A stretch of 50,357 bases of DNA, taken from Gemmatimonadota bacterium (GTDB taxonomy: Bacteria; Gemmatimonadota; Gemmatimonadetes; Gemmatimonadales; GWC2-71-9). Below are positions 9,382 through 16,951 of the stretch, piece by piece. Every line of letters starts with the position of its first letter. Within the stretch, counting starts at the first letter, position 1. Both the position numbers and the translations under genes were made by a program. The notes beneath the pieces are model-generated. The model ran no database searches. It was not told where the DNA came from and saw nothing but the letters and a program-made list of their open reading frames with translations. Location of the stretch: NCBI GenBank assembly GCA_040002695.1, contig JBDUEA010000002.1:1-50357 (forward strand), written 5' to 3'.

Positions 9382-10227
9382 ATGCAAGATAAATCAGCGC
9401 TTGGACGTGCGATCACAATGGTGCGCGACCTGCGCACGCGCTGCCCCTGGGACCGGGCCCAGACCCGGGAAACCCTGCGACCGTACCTGATCGAGGAGGT
9501 TCACGAGCTCGACCACGCGCTCGCGTCCGCCGATCCGGCGGCCATCCGGGAGGAAGTCTCCGACCTGCTGCTCCATCTCGCCTGGCAGCTGGTGCTCGCC
9601 GGTGAGCTCGGCGAATTCACCCCGGATGATGTGGCCTCGGATCTCGAACGAAAGATGCGGCGGCGGCATCCGCATCTGTTCGATCTCGGTCCCGCGGAAC
9701 CGTGGCAGCGACTCAAGCAGAAGGAGAAGTCGCGCGGGACGCTCGAGGGACTGCCGCCGTCGCTCCCCGCCCTGCTCATGGCGTGGCGTCTCCAGGAACG
9801 GGCCGCGACGGTGGGCTTCGACTGGCCCGATGCGACGGGTCCCAGCGCCAAGGTTCGGGAGGAGCTCGAGGAGGTGGAACTGGAGATTGCCCGCGCCGCG
9901 CCGATAGTGCCCGCGGCCTCTTCGGAGACCGGTGAGCCGGTTACGTCGGTAGCTCAGGAGGAGCTCATCGATGAGATCGGCGACCTGCTCTTCGCCGTCG
10001 TGAACCTCGCGCGGAAGGCGCGGGTTCAGCCGACCTCCGCTCTCGACCGTGCCAATCGCAAGTTCCGGTCACGATTCGAGGCCATCGAACGCCTGGCCGC
10101 GGATCGAGGTGTAGATGTGCCGACGGCGGGACTGGCGAAGCTGGATGAGTTGTGGGAGCGGGTGAAGAAGGCGGAGAAGGCGGAGAAGGCGGAGAAGGCG
10201 GAGAAGGCGGAGAAGGCGGAGCGGTAG
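9382..10227 (+). CDS. mazG: Nucleoside triphosphate pyrophosphohydrolase MazG with a repetitive (KAE)n C-terminal tail
   Basis: The first MazG module carries CPWDRAQTRETLRPYLIEEVHEL; the second carries FDWPD...EELIDEIGDLLFAVVNLAR. The C-terminus is KKAEKAEKAEKAEKAEKAER. Confidence 0.9.
   Translation: MQDKSALGRAITMVRDLRTRCPWDRAQTRETLRPYLIEEVHELDHALASADPAAIREEVSDLLLHLAWQLVLAGELGEFTPDDVASDLERKMRRRHPHLFDLGPAEPWQRLKQKEKSRGTLEGLPPSLPALLMAWRLQERAATVGFDWPDATGPSAKVREELEEVELEIARAAPIVPAASSETGEPVTSVAQEELIDEIGDLLFAVVNLARKARVQPTSALDRANRKFRSRFEAIERLAADRGVDVPTAGLAKLDELWERVKKAEKAEKAEKAEKAEKAER
10171..10224 (+). repeat. In-frame 9-nt tandem repeat (GCGGAGAAG) x5 plus one imperfect copy
   Basis: Read directly: five perfect GCGGAGAAG units at 10171-10215, then GCGGAGCGG, then TAG. 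Confidence 0.95.
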
Positions 10228-10295
10228 TCGAGCTCGGAAATCAAGGCCCGAGCGTACCTCTCCGTCCTCTCCCACTTCTCCGCCCTCTCCGCCCC

Positions 10296-11591
10296 CTACG
10301 GATACAGCCGATGTATCTGCCGCGGGAAGGCGATCGTCTCCCGGATGTGGGGAACGCCCGTGAGCCAGGCCACGGTGCGCTCGACGCCGAGTCCAAACCC
10401 CGAATGCACGAAGGTGCCGTACTTCCGGAGGTCGAGGTACCAGCGGTAGGCCTCGGGATCGAGGTGCTGCGCGAGAATGCGGGCGAGAAGCTTGTCGTAG
10501 TCGTCCTCCCGCTGCGAGCCACCGATGATCTCCCCATAGCCTTCGGGAGCCAGGCAGTCATTATTGAGCACCGTCCGGGGATCGTCGGGATTCTCCTTCA
10601 TGTAGAACGCCTTCACCTGCTTCGGATAGTTGAAGACGAAGACCGGACCCTCGAATTCCTTCGCGAGAAGCGTCTCGTCGTCACCACCGAGGTCGTTGCC
10701 CCACACCATGTCGGAGCCGAGCGTATTCAGTTTCGTCACGGCGTCGGTGTACGATATGCGTGCGAACGGGAGAGTCATCTTTTCAAGGGCGGTCGTGTCC
10801 CGCTCCAGTTCCTTGAGCTCTTCCCGCTTCCGCTCAAGTACCCGGCTTACGATGTAACTGATGAACTGCTCCTGCAGCCGCATGTTATCGTTGGAATCGT
10901 TGAATGCGACCTCGGGTTCCACCATCCAGAATTCCGTGAGGTGCCGGCGGGTCTTCGATTTTTCGGCCCGAAAGGTCGGACCGAAGCAGTACACCCGACC
11001 GAGCGCGGCCGCGGCCGCCTCGACGTACAGCTGGCCGGTCTGGGCGAGATAGGCTTTGCCGAGATCGAAGTAGTCGGTGGAAAAGAGATTTCCGGCTTCC
11101 TCTCCGATGGCGCCCGTGAGGATCGGGGTATCGACGAGGGTGAAGCCGCGCTCGTGAAAGAAATCGCGGATCGCCTGCACCACCTCGTGCCGGACCTTCG
11201 CGATCGCGACTTGGCGGCGGCTGCGGAGCCAGAGGTGTCTATGCTCGAACAGGAAAGACGTCCCATGCTCCTTGGGAGAGATGGGAAAGTCGACGCTCGG
11301 CCCCAGGATCTCGAGGTCCGTCGCCTGCAGCTCGTAGCCGCCCGGCGCTCTCGGCTCGGCCCGCACCATCCCGGTCACGGCCAGGCTCGTCTCCTGGGTC
11401 AGAGACTGGAACCGTTCCCACACCGTATCCGAGACCTCTTTCTTCGAGATGACCGCCTGCAGAAATCCGCTGCCGTCCCTGAGCACCACAAACGCGATCT
11501 TGCCGCTGGACCGCGTGGTCACGACCCAGCCCCGCACCGTCGCGGTCTGGTCGGAATGCTTGCTCAATTCATCGATGCGCGCGAACGCCAT
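10296..11591 (-). CDS. asnS: Asparagine--tRNA ligase
   Basis: 431 aa with an N-terminal OB fold (TVRGWVVTTRSSGKIAFVVLRDGSG). Class II motifs FRAEKSKTRRHLTEFWMVEPE, GGSQRE and GFGLGVER. Confidence 0.9.
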   Translation of the reverse strand: MAFARIDELSKHSDQTATVRGWVVTTRSSGKIAFVVLRDGSGFLQAVISKKEVSDTVWERFQSLTQETSLAVTGMVRAEPRAPGGYELQATDLEILGPSVDFPISPKEHGTSFLFEHRHLWLRSRRQVAIAKVRHEVVQAIRDFFHERGFTLVDTPILTGAIGEEAGNLFSTDYFDLGKAYLAQTGQLYVEAAAAALGRVYCFGPTFRAEKSKTRRHLTEFWMVEPEVAFNDSNDNMRLQEQFISYIVSRVLERKREELKELERDTTALEKMTLPFARISYTDAVTKLNTLGSDMVWGNDLGGDDETLLAKEFEGPVFVFNYPKQVKAFYMKENPDDPRTVLNNDCLAPEGYGEIIGGSQREDDYDKLLARILAQHLDPEAYRWYLDLRKYGTFVHSGFGLGVERTVAWLTGVPHIRETIAFPRQIHRLYP

Positions 11592-11606
11592 GCACGACCC
11601 GCGTGT

Positions 11607-12689
11607 TTGAAGACCAGAAATAGAAGAAGGGGCTGGAGTCTAGTCCTGCTCGCAGGATGCGTCAACGCGGCCTGCGGGGGTCGAGTGACCATTCCCCCTG
11701 TCGTCGTGCCGCCGGGGGAAAGCGATAGTCCGCTGACCGAAGTGTGGTCGAGCCAGCCCGGGCGCGGCATCAGCGCGCCCTTCGCGCTGGATGATTCCTC
11801 GGTCTACCTTGGCGGTTCGGACCGGAGAGTGGAGGCCGTCTCGCTTGCCTCGGGTAAGACTCGCTGGAGCCTCCGCCTCGGAGGACCGCTGGTTGCAGGC
11901 GTGCTGTACGCTGGGGGTGTCGTCTACGCACCCACCGACCAGCCCGGCACCAAAGTCTTCGCGCTCCGCGTCGCGGATGGTCGCAAGCTCTGGGGCACAT
12001 CAACCGGTGGGATCGGCGCGCCACTCAGTCTGATCAACGGATTGCTCATTGCGCAGTCCCGGCGTGGGGTCGTGATGGCCCTCGATCCCGCGACCGGCGC
12101 GATCAAGTGGCGCCGGCGTGTCGGTCCATCGCGCGCCCCGGCCGTAGAGGGTGACAGTGGTGTCGTCATCGTCGCGACGATCGACTCGCTGTTTCGACTG
12201 AACGGTACCGACGGCAAAGTGCTCACCCGGATTCCCACGCCTGGCGTGATACTCTCGAGCTGGGTGCGTCGCGGGACCGAGCTGATCGCCGGCACGACGG
12301 ACTCGCTGGTGATCGGCCTGCGCGCGTCCGACCTCACTGTTGCATGGAAGGTCCGCGCTGATGGGCCAATCCTCTCGACGCCCGCGGTGCAAGGAGACAC
12401 CCTCTACGCCGCGACAGCGATCGGCGGTCTCTTCCGCGTGACGCTCACGCCGGAGCCTTCGATTCACAAGATCGCGGATCTGTCCTGGCCCGTGACCAGC
12501 GCACCGGTCCTCCTCGACAGCCTGATAGTGCTCGGCGGCGCCGATGGAACGGTCCGCGCCTTTGGCATGGATGGAAACGAGCGCTGGCGTCTTCGCATCG
12601 GACGTCCCGCGGAAAATCCCCCCCGGCTCATCGTCGACGGCTTCCTGGCACTCGGCGGACGCGGCGACCTTCACCGGTATCGCCAATGA
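11607..12689 (+). CDS. PQQ-like beta-propeller lipoprotein (BamB-like)
   Basis: This is the 3-prime third of the 845-aa ORF. A TTG start gives (M)KTRNRRRGWSLVLLAGC with lipobox LLAGC. Repeated propeller blades follow (GKTRWSLRLGG, GRKLWGTSTGG, GAIKWRRRVG, LTVAWKVRADG, GNERWRLRIG). Confidence 0.65.
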   Translation: MKTRNRRRGWSLVLLAGCVNAACGGRVTIPPVVVPPGESDSPLTEVWSSQPGRGISAPFALDDSSVYLGGSDRRVEAVSLASGKTRWSLRLGGPLVAGVLYAGGVVYAPTDQPGTKVFALRVADGRKLWGTSTGGIGAPLSLINGLLIAQSRRGVVMALDPATGAIKWRRRVGPSRAPAVEGDSGVVIVATIDSLFRLNGTDGKVLTRIPTPGVILSSWVRRGTELIAGTTDSLVIGLRASDLTVAWKVRADGPILSTPAVQGDTLYAATAIGGLFRVTLTPEPSIHKIADLSWPVTSAPVLLDSLIVLGGADGTVRAFGMDGNERWRLRIGRPAENPPRLIVDGFLALGGRGDLHRYRQ

Positions 12690-13180
12690 GGATCATGGGA
12701 TCGGAAGTGGACCTTCGTCGAAGGGCGACGCGCCTGCTCTCCGGGGCGACGCTGCTCCTCCTTCTGTGCTCGACCCCGCTCGTCGCGCAGAAGGTGAGTC
12801 CGCTCATCAAGTACGGCAAATGGGGGACGCTGGGCGTCTCCCTGGCATTCAACGCACTGGCGTTCCGAACCCACGATCAGGCGGAGAGCGCGTTCCATCG
12901 CCTGGAGAATTACTGCAACGTGGATTTTGCGCGGTGCAACACCGGCTCCAACGGCGCCTATGGGGATCCGTTGAGCGAACAGCTTTTTCAGCAGTCGCTC
13001 AGCTATGATCGTCGCACGCGACTCCGGCTCATCGCGGGAGAGACGGCTCTGCTCGGGAGCGTCGCGATGTTTGTCTGGGAGCTGAGTCAGCCGAAGGGAC
13101 CGCCGGACAACATCCCCTTTCGGCCCGAGGTGTCGACACGCGATGGGACGACTCACCTCGGAATTCGATTCACGTTCTGA
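12686..13180 (+). CDS. Hypothetical exported or outer-membrane-associated protein
   Basis: 164 aa with signal peptide LLSGATLLLLLCSTPLVAQ and a C-terminus THLGIRFTF ending in an aromatic residue. ATGA overlap with the upstream lipoprotein gene. Confidence 0.5.
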   Translation: MRIMGSEVDLRRRATRLLSGATLLLLLCSTPLVAQKVSPLIKYGKWGTLGVSLAFNALAFRTHDQAESAFHRLENYCNVDFARCNTGSNGAYGDPLSEQLFQQSLSYDRRTRLRLIAGETALLGSVAMFVWELSQPKGPPDNIPFRPEVSTRDGTTHLGIRFTF

Positions 13181-13202
13181 ATGTCGAGCGGAACAGCAGG
13201 TG

Positions 13203-13279
13203 CACCACAGAGGCACGAAGGGCGAATCCGCACGACGATTTACCATTACATCGGGCGATTTCCCGGTGCCTCTGTGGTG
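13203..13279. repeat. Hairpin element 1: inverted CACCACAGAGGCAC / GTGCCTCTGTGGTG arms
   Basis: Perfect 14-nt arms at 13203-13216 and 13266-13279 separated by a 49-nt loop. Confidence 0.9.
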
Positions 13280-13292
13280 ACCAGTTTGTGTT

Positions 13293-13579
13293 TCACCACG
13301 AAGGCACGAAGGACACGAAGGATTTAAGGAAAGGTGAGTACCGGACTTGCTCGGGCGGCGATCATCGTAGTCGGCGCTTCAAAGCAGATTCACCACAGAG
13401 GCACGGAGGGTAACTCTGAAGGACTTTCTACAGTAAGACAAGAATCCAATAATCTCTCCGTGCCTCTGTGGTGAACCGTTTGAAATATTATCGTGATGTT
13501 GTGTGCTGGAGCCAAGCTCGAGAACGCAGCGATCTCCCCGTTGCACGATGCCTTCGTGTCCTTCGTGCCTTCGTGGTGA
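13293..13579. repeat. Outer 29-nt perfect inverted repeat enclosing element 2
   Basis: TCACCACGAAGGCACGAAGGACACGAAGG (13293-13321) is the exact reverse complement of 13551-13579. Confidence 0.9.
13389..13475. repeat. Hairpin element 2: perfect 20-nt terminal inverted repeats (MITE/REP-like)
   Basis: TTCACCACAGAGGCACGGAG (13389-13408) pairs with CTCCGTGCCTCTGTGGTGAA (13456-13475). The loop is 47 nt and AT-rich. Confidence 0.9.
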
Positions 13580-13631
13580 GCTGTTTATCCAATCCTGAAC
13601 GGATTCAATGGAGTCGGCGCTTCACAAGGGA

Positions 13632-13720
13632 TTCACCACTGAGGCACGGAGAGTGCCTCTGAAGGACCTGTTACAGTAAAACAAGAATATCCTGCACTTT
13701 CTCTGTGCCCCTATGGTGAA
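13632..13720. repeat. Hairpin element 3: decayed copy of element 2
   Basis: Arms are TTCACCACTGAGGCACGGAGA and TCTCTGTGCCCCTATGGTGAA. The loop motif CTCTGAAGGAC..TACAGTAA.ACAAGAAT is shared with element 2, and the left flank GTCGGCGCTTCA.A is also shared. Confidence 0.8.
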
Positions 13721-13725
13721 TTGTT

Positions 13726-15795
13726 TTATCCAATCCTGAACAGCTCCACCGCCCTCGGATATCGCGCCAGCGCCCGCTCCTTCATCGCCTGATGCTCGGC
13801 TTTCGCCAGCGTCGGATCGGCGGAGATAGCCGTGGTCGCGAGTTCCCGCGCCCGTGCCAGCAGGTCGGCATCCTCGGGCAATCGAGCGTGCCGCAGGTCG
13901 AACCCACCTGATTGCCGGTCTCCGATCAGGTCTCCCATCTGCCGTTCCTGCAGATCCAGTTCCGCGATCTTGAAACCGTCGTCGGTCGCCGCAAAGGCGC
14001 GGAGCCGAGCGGGGATCTGCTCACCAGCCATGAGAATGCAGAAACTTTCACCGGTCCCGCGACCGATCCGGCCCCGAAGCTGGTGCAGCTGTGCCAACCC
14101 GAATCGCTCGGGGTGTTCGATGAGCATCACGGTCGCGTTGGCGACGTCGATGCCGACCTCGATGACGGTCGTCGCCACGAGCACATCGAGCTGTCCTGCG
14201 CGGAACTCCCGCATGCGGGATTCGCGCTCGGTGGGTTTGAGCCTGCCGTGCACGAGTCCCACGCGCAGGTCCGGCCACCTGCCCTGCAGCGTCTCCGCCA
14301 TGGTCGTCGCGGCACGCAGGTCCGTATTCTCCGACTCGTCGATCACTGGAAGCACCACGTACGCCTGGCGTCCTTGCTCGCACTGCTCGCGGACGAAATC
14401 GAGCGCCTTGGCGCGTTGCGCCTCGGTGCGGATTCCGGTGCGGATCATCCCGCGACCGGGAGGACGCTCGCGGAGCGCCGTGACGTCGAGATCTCCGAAC
14501 CGGGTTAGCGCCAGTGAGCGCGGAATCGGCGTGGCCGTGAGCAGGAGCACATCAGGCATCGCCCCCTTCCCGATCAGTGCAGCTCGCTGCTCCACGCCGA
14601 ACCGATGCTGCTCGTCGATGACGACGAGTCCCAGCCGCTTGAACGAGACGCTTTCCTGCAGCAATGCGTGGGTCCCAACCACGATACGCACCTGTCCAGT
14701 CGAGAGCTGGGCGCGTCGCGCGATCTTTTCGGCGGTCGTGAGACGGCCCAGCAGCACTTCCGGGCGGATATCGAGCGGTGCCAGCAGTGTGGTGAGTGTC
14801 GCCGCGTGCTGCTCGGCCAGCAGTTCGGTCGGCGCCATCAGCGCGGTCTGGAAATCATTCTCCATGGCCAGCAGCATCGCGAAGAGGGCCACGACCGTCT
14901 TGCCGGTTCCGACGTCTCCCATGAGCAGCCGGTGCATGCGTTCCGGAGCCGTCATATCCGCGGTGATCTCGCGGACAGCCGCCTTCTGGTCCCTGGTGAG
15001 CGGCCAGGGAAGGGCGTTCATCAGTCTGGTCGTGAGGTCGTGGCGGACGGTGAAGGCGACGCCGGTCCGGCGGCGCTTGGCGAGCGCGCGAGCCCGGACC
15101 AGCATCAGCTGCAGGTCGAAGAGCTCGTCAAAGGCAAGCCGCCGACGGCCGCGTTCGGCCTCTTCGATGGTCGCCGGCCGGTGGACGAGGCGGAGGGCTT
15201 CGGGCAGCGCGGGGAGGTCCAACTCACGACGCAACGACTCGGGCAGAACATCTCGACTGAGTGCCACCAGCGCATCGAGATGCTGGTCAAGCAGCGATCG
15301 AATGATCTTGTGACTGAGCCCTTCGGTGGCTGGATAGACCGGCAGCACCTTGCCGGGAGGCGCCGTCTCTCCGTCGGCGCTGGCCTCCGAGAGCACCAGG
15401 AATTCGCGGGGTGCCATCTGCCGACCATGATAGAACCGGACTGGCCCGGCCACGAGCAGCGTCTGCCCCTCGACGATCTTGCGGTCGAGGAAGGCCTGCC
15501 CCGGCCAGGCACACTCGAGCACTCCACTCTCGTCCCGCAGCACCGCGTGAAAGATCCGGAGTCCGCGCCGGGTGGGCATCACTCGCTTCGCGACGACGCG
15601 CCCGATGCAGGCGACGTCCATGCCCACGCGCGCTTCCGCCAGCGGCGTCACCGTGGAGGCGTCGATATACCGGTGCGGAATGTGCCAGAGCAATTCCTGC
15701 GCGGTGGTCACACCGAGCCGGGCGAACTGCTCCGCACGTCGCTCGCCGATCCCTTTCAGGAATTTGATGGGGGTGTCGAGCCGGAGTGCTGGCAT
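13726..15795 (-). CDS. recG: ATP-dependent DNA helicase RecG
   Basis: 689 aa. Walker A GDVGTGKTVVA, DEAH-type VIDEQHRFG, an N-terminal wedge/OB region and helicase C motifs (QLHQLRGRIGRG). Confidence 0.95.
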   Translation of the reverse strand: MPALRLDTPIKFLKGIGERRAEQFARLGVTTAQELLWHIPHRYIDASTVTPLAEARVGMDVACIGRVVAKRVMPTRRGLRIFHAVLRDESGVLECAWPGQAFLDRKIVEGQTLLVAGPVRFYHGRQMAPREFLVLSEASADGETAPPGKVLPVYPATEGLSHKIIRSLLDQHLDALVALSRDVLPESLRRELDLPALPEALRLVHRPATIEEAERGRRRLAFDELFDLQLMLVRARALAKRRRTGVAFTVRHDLTTRLMNALPWPLTRDQKAAVREITADMTAPERMHRLLMGDVGTGKTVVALFAMLLAMENDFQTALMAPTELLAEQHAATLTTLLAPLDIRPEVLLGRLTTAEKIARRAQLSTGQVRIVVGTHALLQESVSFKRLGLVVIDEQHRFGVEQRAALIGKGAMPDVLLLTATPIPRSLALTRFGDLDVTALRERPPGRGMIRTGIRTEAQRAKALDFVREQCEQGRQAYVVLPVIDESENTDLRAATTMAETLQGRWPDLRVGLVHGRLKPTERESRMREFRAGQLDVLVATTVIEVGIDVANATVMLIEHPERFGLAQLHQLRGRIGRGTGESFCILMAGEQIPARLRAFAATDDGFKIAELDLQERQMGDLIGDRQSGGFDLRHARLPEDADLLARARELATTAISADPTLAKAEHQAMKERALARYPRAVELFRIG

Positions 15796-15890
15796 GAGAG
15801 AGGTCTACGCGGTCGTGGCGGCGGGGCGGCGTGCGTCACCGAGCATGTCCGCGATCGCCGATGTGAGTTCGCCGGCCTCCGATGCCGGGA

Positions 15891-16823
15891 TTATTCGGCG
15901 CTTTCCAGGAGGCGACCGGCGAACACAGCGGCGTCGAACGGCTCGAGATCGTCCACCGATTCGCCGACACCGAGGAACCGGATCGGAATCTGGAGTTCGC
16001 GGCGGAGCGCCACGATGGCGCCTCCCCTGGCACTCCCATCGAGCTTGGTCACGATGATTCCTGTAGGAGACACTGCCTGCGCGAACAGCTTGCCCTGCTG
16101 CACCGCGTTCTGACCCACAGTCCCGTCGAGCACCAGCAGGGTTTCCTGTGGAGCGCCCGGACTCTTTCGCGCGAGCACGCGCACCACCTTGCGTAGCTCC
16201 TCCATCAGGCCTTCCTGCGTGTGCAGTCGCCCCGCAGTATCAATCAGCAGAGTATCAGCGCCACGGGACCGCGCGGCCTCGAGCGCATCGAACGCGACCG
16301 CGGCCGGATCTCCTCCCGGCGCCCCGGCGACGCAGGGAATCGCGAGTCGCTCAGCCCAGGTCTGCAGCTGCGCGATTGCGCCGGCGCGATAGGTGTCGGC
16401 GGCGGCGAGGATCACCTTCCGTCCTTCCCGGCTCAACCGGCTGGCGAGCTTCGCGACTGTCGTGGTCTTGCCGACCCCGTTAACGCCGATCATGACGATG
16501 ACGGTAGGATTGCCCGGTTCGGCTGAAGCCATGCGTTCCGGATGCTCGGGGCCGGCAAGGATCGCGGCGATGTTCCGGGCGATCGCCTCGTGCAGATCTT
16601 TCTCGGTCTTGAGACGGCCTCGGCGCACTTCGTCCTCGACCGCCTGCACCAGATCCAGCGTGGCCGCCACACCGAAGTCTGCCTCGATGAGCGTCTGTTC
16701 CAGCGCTTCGAGATCGGCGGCGTTCATGCCGCGCATCAGCGCATTGACGTCGCTGAGCGCAAGCCGCTTGATGCGGCCCCAGAGGCTGAGCTTCGGGCCG
16801 TCGCCGAGTCGGGTAGTCTTCAT
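15891..16823 (-). CDS. ftsY: Signal recognition particle receptor FtsY
   Basis: SRP GTPase motifs GVNGVGKTTT, DTAGR and TKLDGSARGG. 310 aa. Confidence 0.95.
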   Translation of the reverse strand: MKTTRLGDGPKLSLWGRIKRLALSDVNALMRGMNAADLEALEQTLIEADFGVAATLDLVQAVEDEVRRGRLKTEKDLHEAIARNIAAILAGPEHPERMASAEPGNPTVIVMIGVNGVGKTTTVAKLASRLSREGRKVILAAADTYRAGAIAQLQTWAERLAIPCVAGAPGGDPAAVAFDALEAARSRGADTLLIDTAGRLHTQEGLMEELRKVVRVLARKSPGAPQETLLVLDGTVGQNAVQQGKLFAQAVSPTGIIVTKLDGSARGGAIVALRRELQIPIRFLGVGESVDDLEPFDAAVFAGRLLESAE

Positions 16824-16951
16824 GTCGATTCTATTCGTCGCGGTGCATCAGCAGCCGAAACCGTTCGCAGGATACGAACTGCTCGGGCCGGAAATCTAGC
16901 GGGGGCCCGGCGGACGTGGCGGACGAGGGCGGACGGGAATGAATTGTCAGG

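Noticed and set aside
10152-11606. The first 485 codons of the 845-aa plus-strand ORF (GAGEEGGEGGEGG...), which run antisense to asnS.
   Set aside because: The minus strand here encodes an unmistakable AsnRS. The plus-strand translation is low-complexity with no recognisable motifs. Only the portion after the TTG at 11607 (lipobox plus propeller blades) looks genuine. This is a high-GC open-frame artefact.
11592-11606. The extremely short (15 nt) divergent spacer between asnS and the BamB-like lipoprotein gene, as a possible shared regulatory element.
   Set aside because: The lipoprotein start (TTG at 11607) is my own inference, and the true promoter or start may lie elsewhere. This is too uncertain to interpret.
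13585-13600. TTATCCAAT sequences resembling DnaA boxes (TTATCCACA), which might be interesting given the DnaA-like gene in the window.
   Set aside because: Only 7 of 9 positions match, and there are just two copies. One lies inside the recG coding end. There is no AT-rich unwinding element, no dnaN and no canonical dnaA nearby. This is not an origin.
13468-13662. A 64-aa plus-strand ORF inside the repeat-rich spacer.
   Set aside because: It is composed of repeat arms, has no Shine-Dalgarno sequence and has atypical composition. It is most likely non-coding.
13181-13725. A possible CRISPR array, given the repeated motif of about 20 nt.
   Set aside because: The copies alternate in orientation as inverted pairs, the spacing is irregular (49, 47, 229 and 47 nt), repeat lengths differ, and no cas genes are nearby.
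13832-15313. A 493-aa plus-strand ORF, with a 502-aa ORF at 14605-16113, antisense to recG.
   Set aside because: The translation is Ser/Arg/Ala-rich and low-complexity, and it lies entirely within a strongly supported recG on the opposite strand.
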